In this document: one piece after another, positions 53,318-64,000 of the stretch
Layout of the letters: the number at the start of each line of letters is the position of its first letter
Numbering within the stretch: the first letter of the stretch is position 1
Source: Torpedo marmorata
Taxonomy: Eukaryota
Direction of reading: 5' to 3'
DNA length: 64,000 nucleotides
Assembly (NCBI GenBank): GCA_977017645.1
Contig: OZ360227.1
Location: 126,914,001 to 126,978,000 of the forward strand
Translations under genes and position numbers: made by a program
Notes under the pieces: generated by a model
Database searches by the model: none
Told to the model about the DNA's origin: nothing
The model's input: only the letters and a program-made list of their open reading frames with translations

Positions 53318-53455
53318 CTTTGATGTTCCTTTAGTGGAAAAGTATAATCCTGACCGTCGCAAGAAGAAGTAATATTTCTTCCAAGGCTTTTTCCCTTGAT
53401 CTTTAATCTGAAGGTGCCCATGAATTTCAGGACATGCTCTTGGGTTCATGAAATC
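53318..53455 (-). CDS. GRB14: GRB14-like exon, PH domain: [46 protein letters not shown]
   Basis: 138 nt; tttag acceptor, AAG|gtaata donor; [15 protein letters not shown]. Confidence 0.95.
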
Positions 53456-54185
53456 CTAAACAAGTATTCAAATTTGAGTGAATGTTTAAATATCAATTTT
53501 CATCTCAACTTTAGTTTTCTTAATACTGCAGAGCTCTCAAGAAACAATGTGGACATCAGATTGCAGAAGTGTTTGTGATGAGCATGGGTGTTGTAGGTTT
53601 TGTGTGGAGATAGACATAGACTGAAGAATATGAATACCTTGGACTATGGTGGCAACCTGGCCCACATTTAAAGAGTGCCAATTACAACCCACCAGTTAAG
53701 TCCTGCTTCAATGTGTGAGCCTTGTATAGATTTTGGATTATTTTACAAAAGTTACAAAAGGTACACCACTGTACATACCTGCAAGTCTGTTAATGTACAT
53801 CACAAGCATGAAAGACCCAAAAAAGTGCTGTGTACTAATGTTGTTCTAGGCAACACGATGACAAAGCCTTTAATTCTCACTTCTCATCCAATTTCAATGC
53901 CTTCTGCCCCTCTTTACCATGAAACACATTCACATTCAGTCACCTCAAGTTTGCCATGTCACTCATTCCATTTCAATCTCCTTCTTTCCCCACCACTTCA
54001 ATTTATAATTTACTTTCTTCTGCACTTTCCCAAGATACTTAAAGAATGCATTTCAAAACCACAAACTATCAACTTGCTTCCTTTTAACTTTGTTTTCATT
54101 CAATTAGCTCATCCTAATAACTATGGGACAAGTAGGTTTTATCCGCTAATTTTAATAGCATTGTTTGTACAATATAATGTCTCAC

Positions 54186-54257
54186 CTGTATCAACTGTGA
54201 ATGACTAAAACCTCCCTTTGTTTCATGGCAAATAGACACCATGTGTTCTGGGAAAAA
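54186..54257 (-). CDS. GRB14: GRB14-like exon, RA-PH linker: FFPEHMVSICHETKGGFSHSQLIQ
   Basis: 72 nt; ttttctcccag acceptor, CAG|gtgag donor; FFPEHMVS as in GRB14. Confidence 0.92.
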
Positions 54258-54642
54258 CTGGGAGAAAACAAAGCATTGAAAAATTATTCTTGCATGGAGC
54301 TGTTATACGTCACCATCGCCTATTCAATTTTCCAACTCATTTTAAAAGAGGAAACTGCACTCGATTTCCAGGTATACAACTCATGGATAATTTTCCTCCA
54401 TTTGTTTCCAATGGAAAACCACTTTCAAATCTATGAGAAAAATTTGACTTAAATATTCTATTAATGATAAATAATCTTAACAATACATTTTAAGGTGTAA
54501 AGGTGTATAAAAGTAAAAATTGAACATACAGTATATCGCATCATCTCTAAAACAACAATTGTTATTGCCATTCACATCAACTATCAGTGTTGATGATACC
54601 TGTGATAGAGGTTCAGATTCCTAAATTGCTGATTTCACTTAC

Positions 54643-54764
54643 TGTTAGATTTCTGAAGAAATCATATTTGCCACTTTTTTTTCTGAAGTAAAATCTGCAA
54701 TCTGTATCCATTGCCCAACTCGACTGTACCCGAACCACTGATTCATGATCTTCTACAATTCTCT
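54643..54764 (-). CDS. GRB14: GRB14-like exon, RA domain C-half: (E)RIVEDHESVVRVQSSWAMDTDCRFYFRKKSGKYDFFRNLT
   Basis: 122 nt; ttttcccttcatatag acceptor, gtaagt donor; EDHE and FRK..KY.FF family motifs; phase matches previous exon. Confidence 0.93.
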
Positions 54765-55099
54765 CTATATGAAGGGAAAACAAAATCCCAGAGAATTAAT
54801 CCTTTGCATTCCTTCAAATAAAACACAAAAATTGGGAATTCAGGTAATGGAAAATGGAACAAGTGTCTTACACATTGAGACCACTTGGCAGATCATTGAC
54901 ATTCAGTTCACTGGGATAACCCCCGAGTCACCTGTCAATTCCCAATCTTTCTCTGGGCGCACAGTCACAACAAAAGCTCTTATCAACCATCAAGACATGT
55001 TGAATTCAGAGTGTTTGTGGGCCACAGCAATTTCAGATAAATAGCCTTGGTTTGTGCCAGAACTTGTCAGTCCTGATCCAAGAGATTCAGCCTCTGTAA

Positions 55100-55905
55100 A
55101 ATGAAGTACTAGGGATGTAGGAGTATACTTGGCAGAGAAATAAAGAGATCAAAAAGAGGGCATGAGATGGCTTTAGCAGATAAGGTGAAGAACAATCCAA
55201 GAAGATTACATATATTAAGAGCAAGCTGTCAACTAGGGAGAGAATAGGTCCCCTTAAGAATTAATATTGTTATTTATGTGGAGCCACAGGAGATGGGGGA
55301 GGTCTTGAATGAATATTTCTCATGTGTATTTAGACATACAGACATACAACAAGGTAACAGGCCCTTTCAACCCACAAGCCCGTGCCGCCCAATTACACCC
55401 AATTGACCTACATCCCCAGTACGTATTGAAGGGTGGGAGGAAACCGAAGGAAACCCACGCAGACACGGGAAGAACATACAAACTCTTTTACAGACAGCGC
55501 GGGATTCGAACCCCATTCCCGATCACTGGCACTGTAACAGCGTTGCGCCCAAAGGTTGTGAAAGCCAATTCAGGGAAGAGAATAATGTTTTAAAACATAG
55601 CCATGTTACAATAGAGGAAATGCTGGTTATCTTAAAGCCCATAAAAATCCCTGACCAAGTGCAACCTAGGACATTGTGGGAAGGCAGCAAAGAAATCACT
55701 GGGGCACTGACTGAGACACTTGCATCATTGATGTCCAAAGGCGAGATGACGGAAGGGTGGATCGTGTTGACTCATTGTTCAGGAAGGGCTGCAAGGACAA
55801 GCCAGGGATGTACCGCTTGTTGAGCCCAACGTCAGTGGTGTAAAAGTGATTGGAGGGCTTCTGAGAGACAGGATCTACCTGCATTTGGAAAGGCAAGAAC
55901 CAATT
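55100..55905 (+). mobile_element. CR1 ORF2 fragment interrupted by SINEs
   Basis: EMGEVLNEYF, PDQVQPRTLWE..EITGAL motifs. Confidence 0.72.
55329..55548 (-). mobile_element. HE1/V-SINE-type SINE nested in CR1
   Basis: Similar to 3001-3234; B box present, extreme 5' end missing. Confidence 0.86.
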
Positions 55906-56173
55906 GGGCACGGTTGGCATAGCAGTTAGCGCAACTCCTTTACAGCGCCAGCGATCGGGACCAGGGTTCCAATCCCGCGCTGTCTGTAAGGAGTTTGTAT
56001 GTTCTCCCCGTGTCTGCGTGGGTTTTACCCGGGGGCTCCGGTTTCCTCCCACCTTTCGAAATGTACCGGGGGTGTAGTAGGTTAATTGGGTGTGATTGGA
56101 CGGCACGGACTCGTGGGCCAAAATGGCCTGTTACCGTGCTGTATGTCTAAATTTAAAATTAAATTTAATTTAA
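55906..56173 (+). mobile_element. Full-length HE1/V-SINE-type SINE
   Basis: tRNA-like head, V-like core, CR1-like tail gggccaaaatggcctgttaccgtgctgtat and (aaattt)n end. Confidence 0.9.
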
Positions 56174-56636
56174 AGTGAGGATAGTGACATGCCAGTTGAG
56201 GGAAGGAATGCAAAGGAAGCCCCATCCCATTTTTAAGTGGCTCTGCCTAGGTGCACAGAAGAAACTGGAATTGTTATTACAAGTGAGCTGCTGATAGGAA
56301 AGTAGGGAAAATCCTTATAGATTTTTAAAAAATCTTTACACTTGTTCTTTAAAAACATTTCCCCATTTTCGACTGTCAATTGACCAAAACACTGCAAATT
56401 AACTTTATGGGAGTGACTAAATACAATACTCAGTCACGTCCTTATACTGGAAAAAGCTGGAATTCAGTTGTGTGGATTATTTAATGCAGAAATAGTTAAG
56501 AGTTCTGAGAACTTTATTCAAATTATTAACATTACCAATTTAAATTTTTTTTAACAATTATATTCGTTTTAAAAATTTTAAATAAAATATTTTTAAAATT
56601 AAAAAAAAAACAATTATATTAGTGTAATAAAGATAA

Positions 56637-56908
56637 GGGTGGCACAGTTAGCGTAGCAGTTAGCACAACGCTATTACAGCGCCAGCGATCAGGACCGGGG
56701 TTCCAATCCCGCGCTGTCTGTAAGGAGTTTGTATGTTCTCCCCGTGTCTGCGTGGTTTTCCCCAGGGACTCCGGTGTCCTCCCACCTTTCGAAATGTACC
56801 GGGTTGTAAGTCAATTGCGTGTAATTGGGTGGCTCAAGCTCATGGGCCGAAAGGACCTGTTACTGTGCTGTATGTCTAAATATATAAAAAGTTAAATTTA
56901 TAAATTTA
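56637..56908 (+). mobile_element. Full-length HE1/V-SINE-type SINE
   Basis: Closely similar to 55906-56173. Confidence 0.9.
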
Positions 56909-57386
56909 GAATAAGGATGTTCCAATGAAATGTATACAATTCTAACCTTCCATGTTGAGTGGGAAACCATCAGATTGACTGATAGTTTTGTACTCCACCC
57001 AATTTTGTTGGCTAAAAAAAATCCAGGTAAACTGTAAAATGACTGATAAATCTCTATGAGAATCTCTGACAACACTGTTAAAATTAATAACCAGGTGTAT
57101 AAAAACTGAGTCAGAACAGTAGTTTATTGGCAAAAGGATAGACTTTAAAACTTTGGAGTTCAGAGTTTCCAGTGGCTGGTCTTGTACTACAAGGAAATAA
57201 AGTGACTTACTAAAATTGCTTCTATGCAACACAATGATTTCCAATAAAAAAGGTTTTTGCAGAAGTTCTGTCAGATAATCAATATATAAAGCTCATATAT
57301 ATTCACATAGTGGGCATATACTAGCAAACATTTGCAGAGAATATCTACTTGAATTAACCAAGTATTCAATAACGATGTTTGCTTAC

Positions 57387-57543
57387 CTATGCCACTTTGA
57401 GACAATTGCTCAAAAATAGTCCAGGTACTATCAATAGCACAACGGTTTTTTGTTATGCACAGCTGACACAAGTCTCTGGCTGTAATGTCACTTGGCACCT
57501 CCAAAACTTGACTGCTGCCATCTTCATTAAATACCTTAATTTT
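57387..57543 (-). CDS. GRB14: GRB14-like exon, RA domain N-half: KIKVFNEDGSSQVLEVPSDITARDLCQLCITKNRCAIDSTWTIFEQLSQSGI(E)
   Basis: 157 nt; cag acceptor, G|gtaag donor (phase 1); lies within ORF 57271..57648; resembles GRB14 VIKVYSEDETSRALDVPSDITARD. Confidence 0.93.
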
Positions 57544-58384
57544 CTGGGTATAAAAAGATATAGGTGAACCAAAGTGAAATTGCTGGTCATTGTTACGCAA
57601 TTTAATTATATTAACCTTATTAACAACTGTAGTGGGCAAATCCTTCATTCTGCCTTAAAATAAATGTTATTTGGAATTCCTTCACATTTTTGATGCATGA
57701 AAGCAAAAATTTTACAAATAAACTTTAATCACCGAAGACCTAAAGTATCCTTTGCTTCACATGGAATATCACAATTTTAATAAAATTAATACACTTAAAA
57801 GATATTTTTGAAATAAAAATGGGCAAGATGAGACCTTTAACAGCCTCTACAAACTTGCCCAGTCTAATTACTTTTATCTACTCATCATACAAGAAAAAAA
57901 AAAGGATATTTTGACCTACTCTGTCATTAGTTGCATACATAGTAATAAAATTATTGCACAGATAATTCAGAACTGTTTATTAGGATACAGGCAACCAGCA
58001 GTTCTGGTTATGGAAATTCACTCATATGGAATTCACAAATCACTATCCAAAAATCTGTGGGGGAAATTAAATAACTGCAAAATGCAAAATAAACAAATTG
58101 CTCTTCTTTTTCAACATTTATTCCTTGCCTTGTGTGCAGATAATGCTGCAGTTATAGAGTAACAATACAGAGTATAATGTTGTGAAATGCAGGACTTTAG
58201 GACATGTCCAGTAGGTCAGGCCGTACTTAAAGATAAATCTGAACCAATGATGGATGACACAATGGTCAGTCCTGACATGAAGAAAGAAAGTTAAAGAATT
58301 TGATATCTAGTCTGTAAATCTACAACCTGCCCAGACAGGGCTGTATTGCACTGGGCCTTGTGAAGCCACAGAACAATGGGTCAG

Positions 58385-58912
58385 AAGATTTCAGATTTAT
58401 TGTCAGAGTACATGACATTATATACAACCCAGAGATTCTTTGACCTGCAGGCAAGGCAGAATTACCACTTACTGGTAGTGCAAAAACTGTGCTCAATGTA
58501 CACATGCAAACAAAGAAATGTGAACAAACTGTGCAATACAGAGAAAAAAAAAATCAATAAAGAGCAAAAGTAAGAGTCCTAAAAGAAATCCATGATTGCG
58601 TTTATTGTTGAGGAGTCTGATGATGGAGGGGTAGCAGCTGTTCCTGAACCTGGTGGTGAGTCTTGTGGCACCTGTACCTCTTTCCTGATGGTATCAACAA
58701 GAACAGAGCATGTGCTGGCCTGTAGATGTTCTCGATGGTGAGGAGGGTTTTGCCTGTGATGTGCTGGGCTGTGTCCACCACCTTTTTCAAGGTTTTACGC
58801 TCAGGGTGTCCCCATACCAGACCGCGATGCAGCCGGTCAGCACACTTTCCACTTCATCTGTAAAAATTTGCCAGGGTTTACGATGTCATACCAAACCTCT
58901 GCAAACTCCTGC
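58385..58912 (-). mobile_element. Rex1/Babar LINE 3' fragment
   Basis: ORF 58602..58790 KVVDTAQHITG..IENIY..LIPSGKRYR; same tail as 29307 copy. Confidence 0.82.
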
Positions 58913-59509
58913 AGAGTGGGTTTGGATTGGAGAAGTGAGGTGTCAGGCAAATGGAAGTTTAGGGCCTCAACAGACCGAATGTGGGTGCCATGTAAAGTAA
59001 TACATTCAAATCAAGATAGAATGGTTCTGAGCACAAGAGGAGAGCACAAGAACAGAGTGAAACAAAGGGTTCGTCAGAATAGTCAAGCTGGAAAATTCTG
59101 TTGAGGAAGAAGTGAAAACAGGCTCTTTGTGGCTGCAAAGGCAGGATCTCCAATGAAAAATTAAGTCAGTGAAGTGGCTTGCAGATGCTGGAAACTTGAG
59201 CAGAACCACCCATCTGCCTGGAGGAACTCAGCAGGTCAAACAGCAGTGAAGGAACAAGGAATTGTCAACAATCTGAGTTGAAACCCTTCGCAAAGGTCGA
59301 CAATGGCCTGACATTCTGTGTGAAAGTCATGGTCCTGAAAAGAGGTACATGATCTGCCATTCTCAGAGATGAAAGTCAGTTCACCAAAAAAACAGTTATT
59401 TGCAATTCTGGTCCTCCTCTTGAACAATTTTGAATGTTATTTTCAGTTCCACACCAGACAAATACCAATCCTCCTCACAATTGTAATCACCTTAACTAAA
59501 TCTCTTTTT

Positions 59510-59880
59510 AAAGACAGAGTTATAAAACATGGAAAAGGACACTTAGCACAATTCATCCACACTGTCCCACAGGTAACCCTCTGTACTAATCCCATTCCCA
59601 GCCCTTGGTCCATAGCCATCTGTGACCAAATTATTCAAATGTTTTCCTAGACATTTAAATGTTGTTAGCTACCCAGTTTCAACACACTCCCAGGCATTAT
59701 GTTCCAGGAACACACCTAGCTTCACCTTTTTCTTCTCATAACTGAACTGCTCCATCCCAGGTAGCACCCTGGTGAATCTCCTCTGCATTCTCTTTATGGC
59801 TACCAAATCTTTCCTACAGCATGTGTGACCATTACAATAGAACAAGACCAAATCATTCTCCAGAAATCTATTGTACAATG
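59510..59880 (-). mobile_element. Old CR1 3' fragment
   Basis: ORF 59669..59878 RKDLVAIKRMQRRFTRVLPGMEQFSYE. Confidence 0.65.
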
Positions 59881-60189
59881 AAGTTGTCCCTGGCTTTTAC
59901 CTTCTCTTCCAAGGAGAGAAAACTAAACATCTCCAGGCCCTCTACACAACTAGTTTCCCAGCCGCTGGACCTATCTAAGGAAACTATTCTGCACCCTGCA
60001 TCTTCACTAGTTGTTTCTTGGATATGTGCATGGCATTGTACCCAAGACCCAACCCATATTTCAAGTTTAATACAAACTTATTTATGTATTTTCTTCCTTT
60101 TCTCTGTGAAGCCAATAATCAAAAAATATCTTGCCAATTTATTTTCAAAGATTTTGATGCATTCGCCTTTATTAATAATGATGGAAATG

Positions 60190-63100
60190 CCTGATAAGGA
60201 GAAATAGATTTATAGGTGGAGACTCAATTCTTTGATGTTGAAAAGAAAAGATTTTTGTGAGTTTGTTCCAACACATATTCAGTTATTTTGTGATACAAAT
60301 TTGAACTCGGTAAATGATAAATAGGACACTTTAAAGGCATATTTAATTATAAGTTTTACTTCTAAAATTAAAAAAGAATACACGAGGGAGACAGATAAAT
60401 TACAATATTGGAGAAAGACTTACAAATTTCTCCTTCAGAAGATAAACGTAGATATTTGATTAATAAAAAAATTCAATATAATACGTTACAAACGAATACA
60501 ACTGAAAAAGCAATAATAAGAACGAAACAAAGATATTATGAATTAGGTGAGAGATCACATAAGGTATTAGCTTGGCAATTAAAGGTGGAACAGGCTTCAA
60601 GAACAATCAATGCAATCAAAAAAGACAATGTAGTGACAAAAACCCTCAAGAAATAAATGAGTCTTTCAAAAAATTTTATTCAAAATTATATAGCTCTGAG
60701 TCTTTAAGAGATGTGAATAAGATAAATACTTATCTATCACACATAACATGACCCAGATTAAATAGAGGAGCAAACATAACTTAATGTTTCAATTACTGAG
60801 GTAGAAGTAAAGGAAGCTATGACTTCTTTACAAAGTAATAAATCACCTGGAGAAGATGGATTTCCACCTGAATTTTATAAAGAATTTAGATTTGTTAATT
60901 CCTATATTCATGCAAGTATTAGAACAGGCTATGGAAACCCATGCTCTTCCAGAAACATTCTCGACAGCAATAATTAGTGATTCCAAAAAAAGACAGAGAT
61001 CCTTTAAAACCTGTGTTTTACAGACCTATTTCATTATTAAATACAGATTATAAAATAGTTGCGAAAATTTTAGCAAATAGAATGAATAAATTGTTAATTA
61101 AATTAATAAATATGGATCAAACCGGTTTTGTGAAAAGGCAAGCTTCAGAAAATGTAGCTAGATTATTAAGTATTATCCATCTAGCTCAGAAAAGAGATGA
61201 ATTGAGTGTTGCAGTTGCTTTAGATGCAGAAAAAGCATTTGATAGATTAGAGTGGGATTTTTTTGTTTAAAGTATTAGAGAAATTTGGATTTGGGACTAA
61301 TTTTTTTAATTGGATTAAAGCATTATATAATAATCCTAAAGCCAAAGTAATAACTAATGGACAAATGTCTATGCCATTTAATTTGACAAGATCTAGTCGA
61401 CAAGGATGTCCTTTATCCCCAGCTTTATTTGTTCTAGCCATAGAACCACTTGCCCAGAAAATCCGTTCTGATTTACAAATTAAGGGTTTTAAGATAGATC
61501 AAGAAGAACATAAAATCAGTTTATTTGCAGATGATATTTTAATATATTTGACTGATCCTGAAATATCTTTGCAAAGATTATATATTCAATTGGAGGAATA
61601 TGGAAAGGTTTCGGGCTATAAAATAAATTGGGATAAAAGTGAAATAATGTCATTGACGGAAGGTGATTATACACATGGTCAAACAGGTACTCAGTTTAAA
61701 TGGCCAAAATAGGGTATTAAATATTTAGGTATACGTATAGACAGTAATTTGAAAAATTTATATAAATTGAATTATTCATTATTTATTTTTTTTTAATTGA
61801 TGAAGATTTTTTTAAATTGATTAATTTACCTATAACCTTAGTCGGAAGAGTTAATTGTATAAAGATGAATATATTTCGAAGAATACAACATCTCTTTCAA
61901 TCATTACCCATTTCAATCCCTCAGAAATTTTTTCAAGAATTAAATAAATATGTAAGAACATTTCTATGGAAAGATAAAATGTCAAGAGTTTCTATTGAGA
62001 GATTAACTTGGAAATATGAATTAGGAGGTTTACAACTTCCTAATTTTAAAAATTACTATCGAGCTGCTCAAATGAGATTTATTGCATCTTTTTTCGAAGA
62101 AACAAAAGTAGCGTGGGTAAATATAGAACTGAACAAGATAGGAGAAAGGATAGCAGATGATTTTATTTATAAATGGGAACCGAAATTAATAACTGCTGCT
62201 AAAGATACACCATTATTGAAACACCTACTTAATATCTGGAATAAAGGGATCCATATCGCCTAAAACGCCACTAAATCAAAATCCATTTATAGCTTTTTCA
62301 AAAGATAATCAATTTTTGAATATTTGGCACTGTAATGGGATTGTAAATCTTGAAATAGGTCAATTAATGTCATTTTTACAGTTGAGGAATAAATATGCCA
62401 TACCACAAAATACTTTTTTTGTTATTTTGAATTAAAAGCATATCTGAGAGATAAATTGGGACCAACTATGTCTTTACCAAGATGTAATGAAGTAGAACTT
62501 TTGATTAGGAGAGGAATTGTTAAAAAATTTACTTCTAAGATTTATGAACTACTACAAGCTGGAGCTCCTAAACAAGGGTTAAATAGATCTGGACAGAGAT
62601 GGGAAACAGATTTAAATATTACAATTGGTCAACAATTATGGGAAAATCTATGTAAAGACTCTATGACTAATACTATAAATGTAAGATATAGATTAGTTCA
62701 ATATAATTTTTTTTCCATCAGTTATATTTAACACCACAGAAACTATATAAAATAAAACCAGAATTATCTGACCAATGTTTTAGATGTGGTGAAGATGTAG
62801 GTTCTTTTATACATTCAACCTGGTCTTGCCCCAAGGTAAAAACCTTTTGGTTAGGTATACAAAATTTTTTAGAACAAGTTACAGGAATTGTATTTCCACA
62901 AACCCCCGATTTAGCTCTTTTAGGGAATATTGAGGGTGCAAGACCTAAATTGAAACTATCAAATGGTATTTGTTAAATTAGCTTTAGCAGTAGCGAGGAA
63001 ATGTATTGCTGTGACTTGGAAATCTGATACATCCTTGGGTATGCAAAGGTGGCATGCTGAAATTCAAAGTTGTATTCCTTTAGAAAAAATTACATATAAT

Positions 63101-63420
63101 TTGAGGAATAAATATTCTACTTTTTTGCAAATATGGCGCCCGTACACCCAAATAATGAGATTAAATTTGTAAAGAGGTTCTAAACACCTCCAGAAATGCG
63201 AGATCATCCTCTAAATGTATTTGTATGATATGTTGAGATGTGTCACGAGCGGTGCTCCTCTATGTAATCCAAAAAAAAATTCTCTTTTTTTTCTATTTTC
63301 TTTTTTATACATAGATATTTGTGATATAAATGCATATTTTGTGGGGGGGGGGTTGGGGGAGGGGGAGAAGGGATGGTGTAAAATTGTATTATTAAAAAAT
63401 TTAAAATATTCAACAAAAAC
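60190..63420 (+). mobile_element. 5'-truncated decayed L1-clade LINE (end of endonuclease, RT, zinc knuckle, 3' UTR)
   Basis: WRLNS at ~60217; ORFs with YYELGERSHK.LAWQLK, YRPISLLNTDYKI, LDAEKAFDRLEW, RQGCPLSP.LF, SLFADDI and IPLEKITY; several frameshifts. Confidence 0.94.
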
Positions 63421-64000
63421 AGATTTTGATGCACACAATTACAGATCAATTCTCTCATTTTTAAAAATTAGCTGTCTAGTTCATATTGTTTCTTAAACCT
63501 TCTCAGCAAATCTGCCACATCTGTTTTTTTTTGCCACTGTTACTTTATCCTAGAGGTCTTGCTACCCCCACTATTGCATCCTTACTTAGCCACTGCTTTA
63601 AAACATTCAAATTTGTTGAACACAGCAACAATTTGTTTTTAATAAACATTGTTGCTAGCTGTTCTTAATGACAAATCTTCTAAACGGTCACTTTAAATAA
63701 AAAAAATCATTAATTACACTGGTTCCAAACTTGATTGATAAAAAGGCCTAACACGACAGGAAATGCCACTGTCCTTTCCTGAACCAAATGTATCAAATTG
63801 CTCATTTACCATATCGTTGAAATAGCCTTAAACTTCTGCCTACAGTATCCCATCCACCACCAACCCCCCACCCCCATCTGCAAATTTAAAATATGGAGCA
63901 AGATGGGTTGAGTCATTGTTCCGCTCAGCCAAAACCTAACTTATTGATCTCAGGATGAAAACACAAATCCTGTTGTGACACAGAAGTGAGATATGCTGCA

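Larger units (their letters stand above)
14176..57543 (-). other. GRB14: GRB14-like (GRB7/10/14 family) adaptor gene, 5'-partial; 12 coding exons in window encoding RA-PH-BPS-SH2
   Basis: Twelve GT-AG exons (157,122,72,138,111,96,63,117,70,88,94,147 nt) splice in frame to 424 aa plus TGA. Motifs include [55 protein letters not shown] and LVEFFQLNKG. Family is certain; exact paralog is less so. Confidence 0.93.

Noticed and set aside
53675-54208. 177-aa plus-strand ORF
   Set aside because: Non-ATG start, intronic and antisense to the gene, no recognisable motif.
63341-63372. G-run tract with G-quadruplex potential (similar C/G tracts near 6096, 33775 and 42135)
   Set aside because: Ordinary feature of L1 3' UTRs; explained by the annotated elements.
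57544-64000. Search for the upstream GRB14-like exon with the proline-rich P(S/A)IPNPFPEL motif
   Set aside because: Not found on the minus strand by eye; region is mostly Rex1, CR1 and L1, so the exon probably lies beyond the window.

Overview
Vertebrate genomic DNA, most likely a cartilaginous fish (inferred from HE1/V-SINE-type SINEs with CR1-like tails plus abundant CR1, Rex1/Babar, L1 and Penelope repeats). The window is dominated by one minus-strand gene of the GRB7/10/14 adaptor family, closest to GRB14. I traced 12 GT-AG coding exons from 57543 down to the TGA at 14176. They splice into 1275 nt (424 aa plus stop) covering the RA, PH, BPS and SH2 domains; the N-terminal exons were not found and probably lie beyond 64000. 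Introns and flanks carry nested transposons. Main points of interest: (1) the protein mixes GRB14-, GRB7- and GRB10-type residues and may be a fourth ohnolog; (2) a Chapaev3-type DNA transposon has its right TIR split by a young Rex1 LINE; (3) Penelope-derived hairpins retain minimal hammerhead ribozyme cores; (4) a Tigger-like MITE carries tandem TCTCGCGAGA and YY1 motifs; (5) a CpG-rich non-autonomous retroelement family; (6) a rearranged L1 sits next to an NRF1/YY1 motif cluster. I found no prokaryotic-type system (CRISPR, operon) and nothing I can call a proven new biological system. Repeat boundaries are approximate; exon boundaries were read base by base. Comparisons with human paralogs are from memory, not from an alignment.
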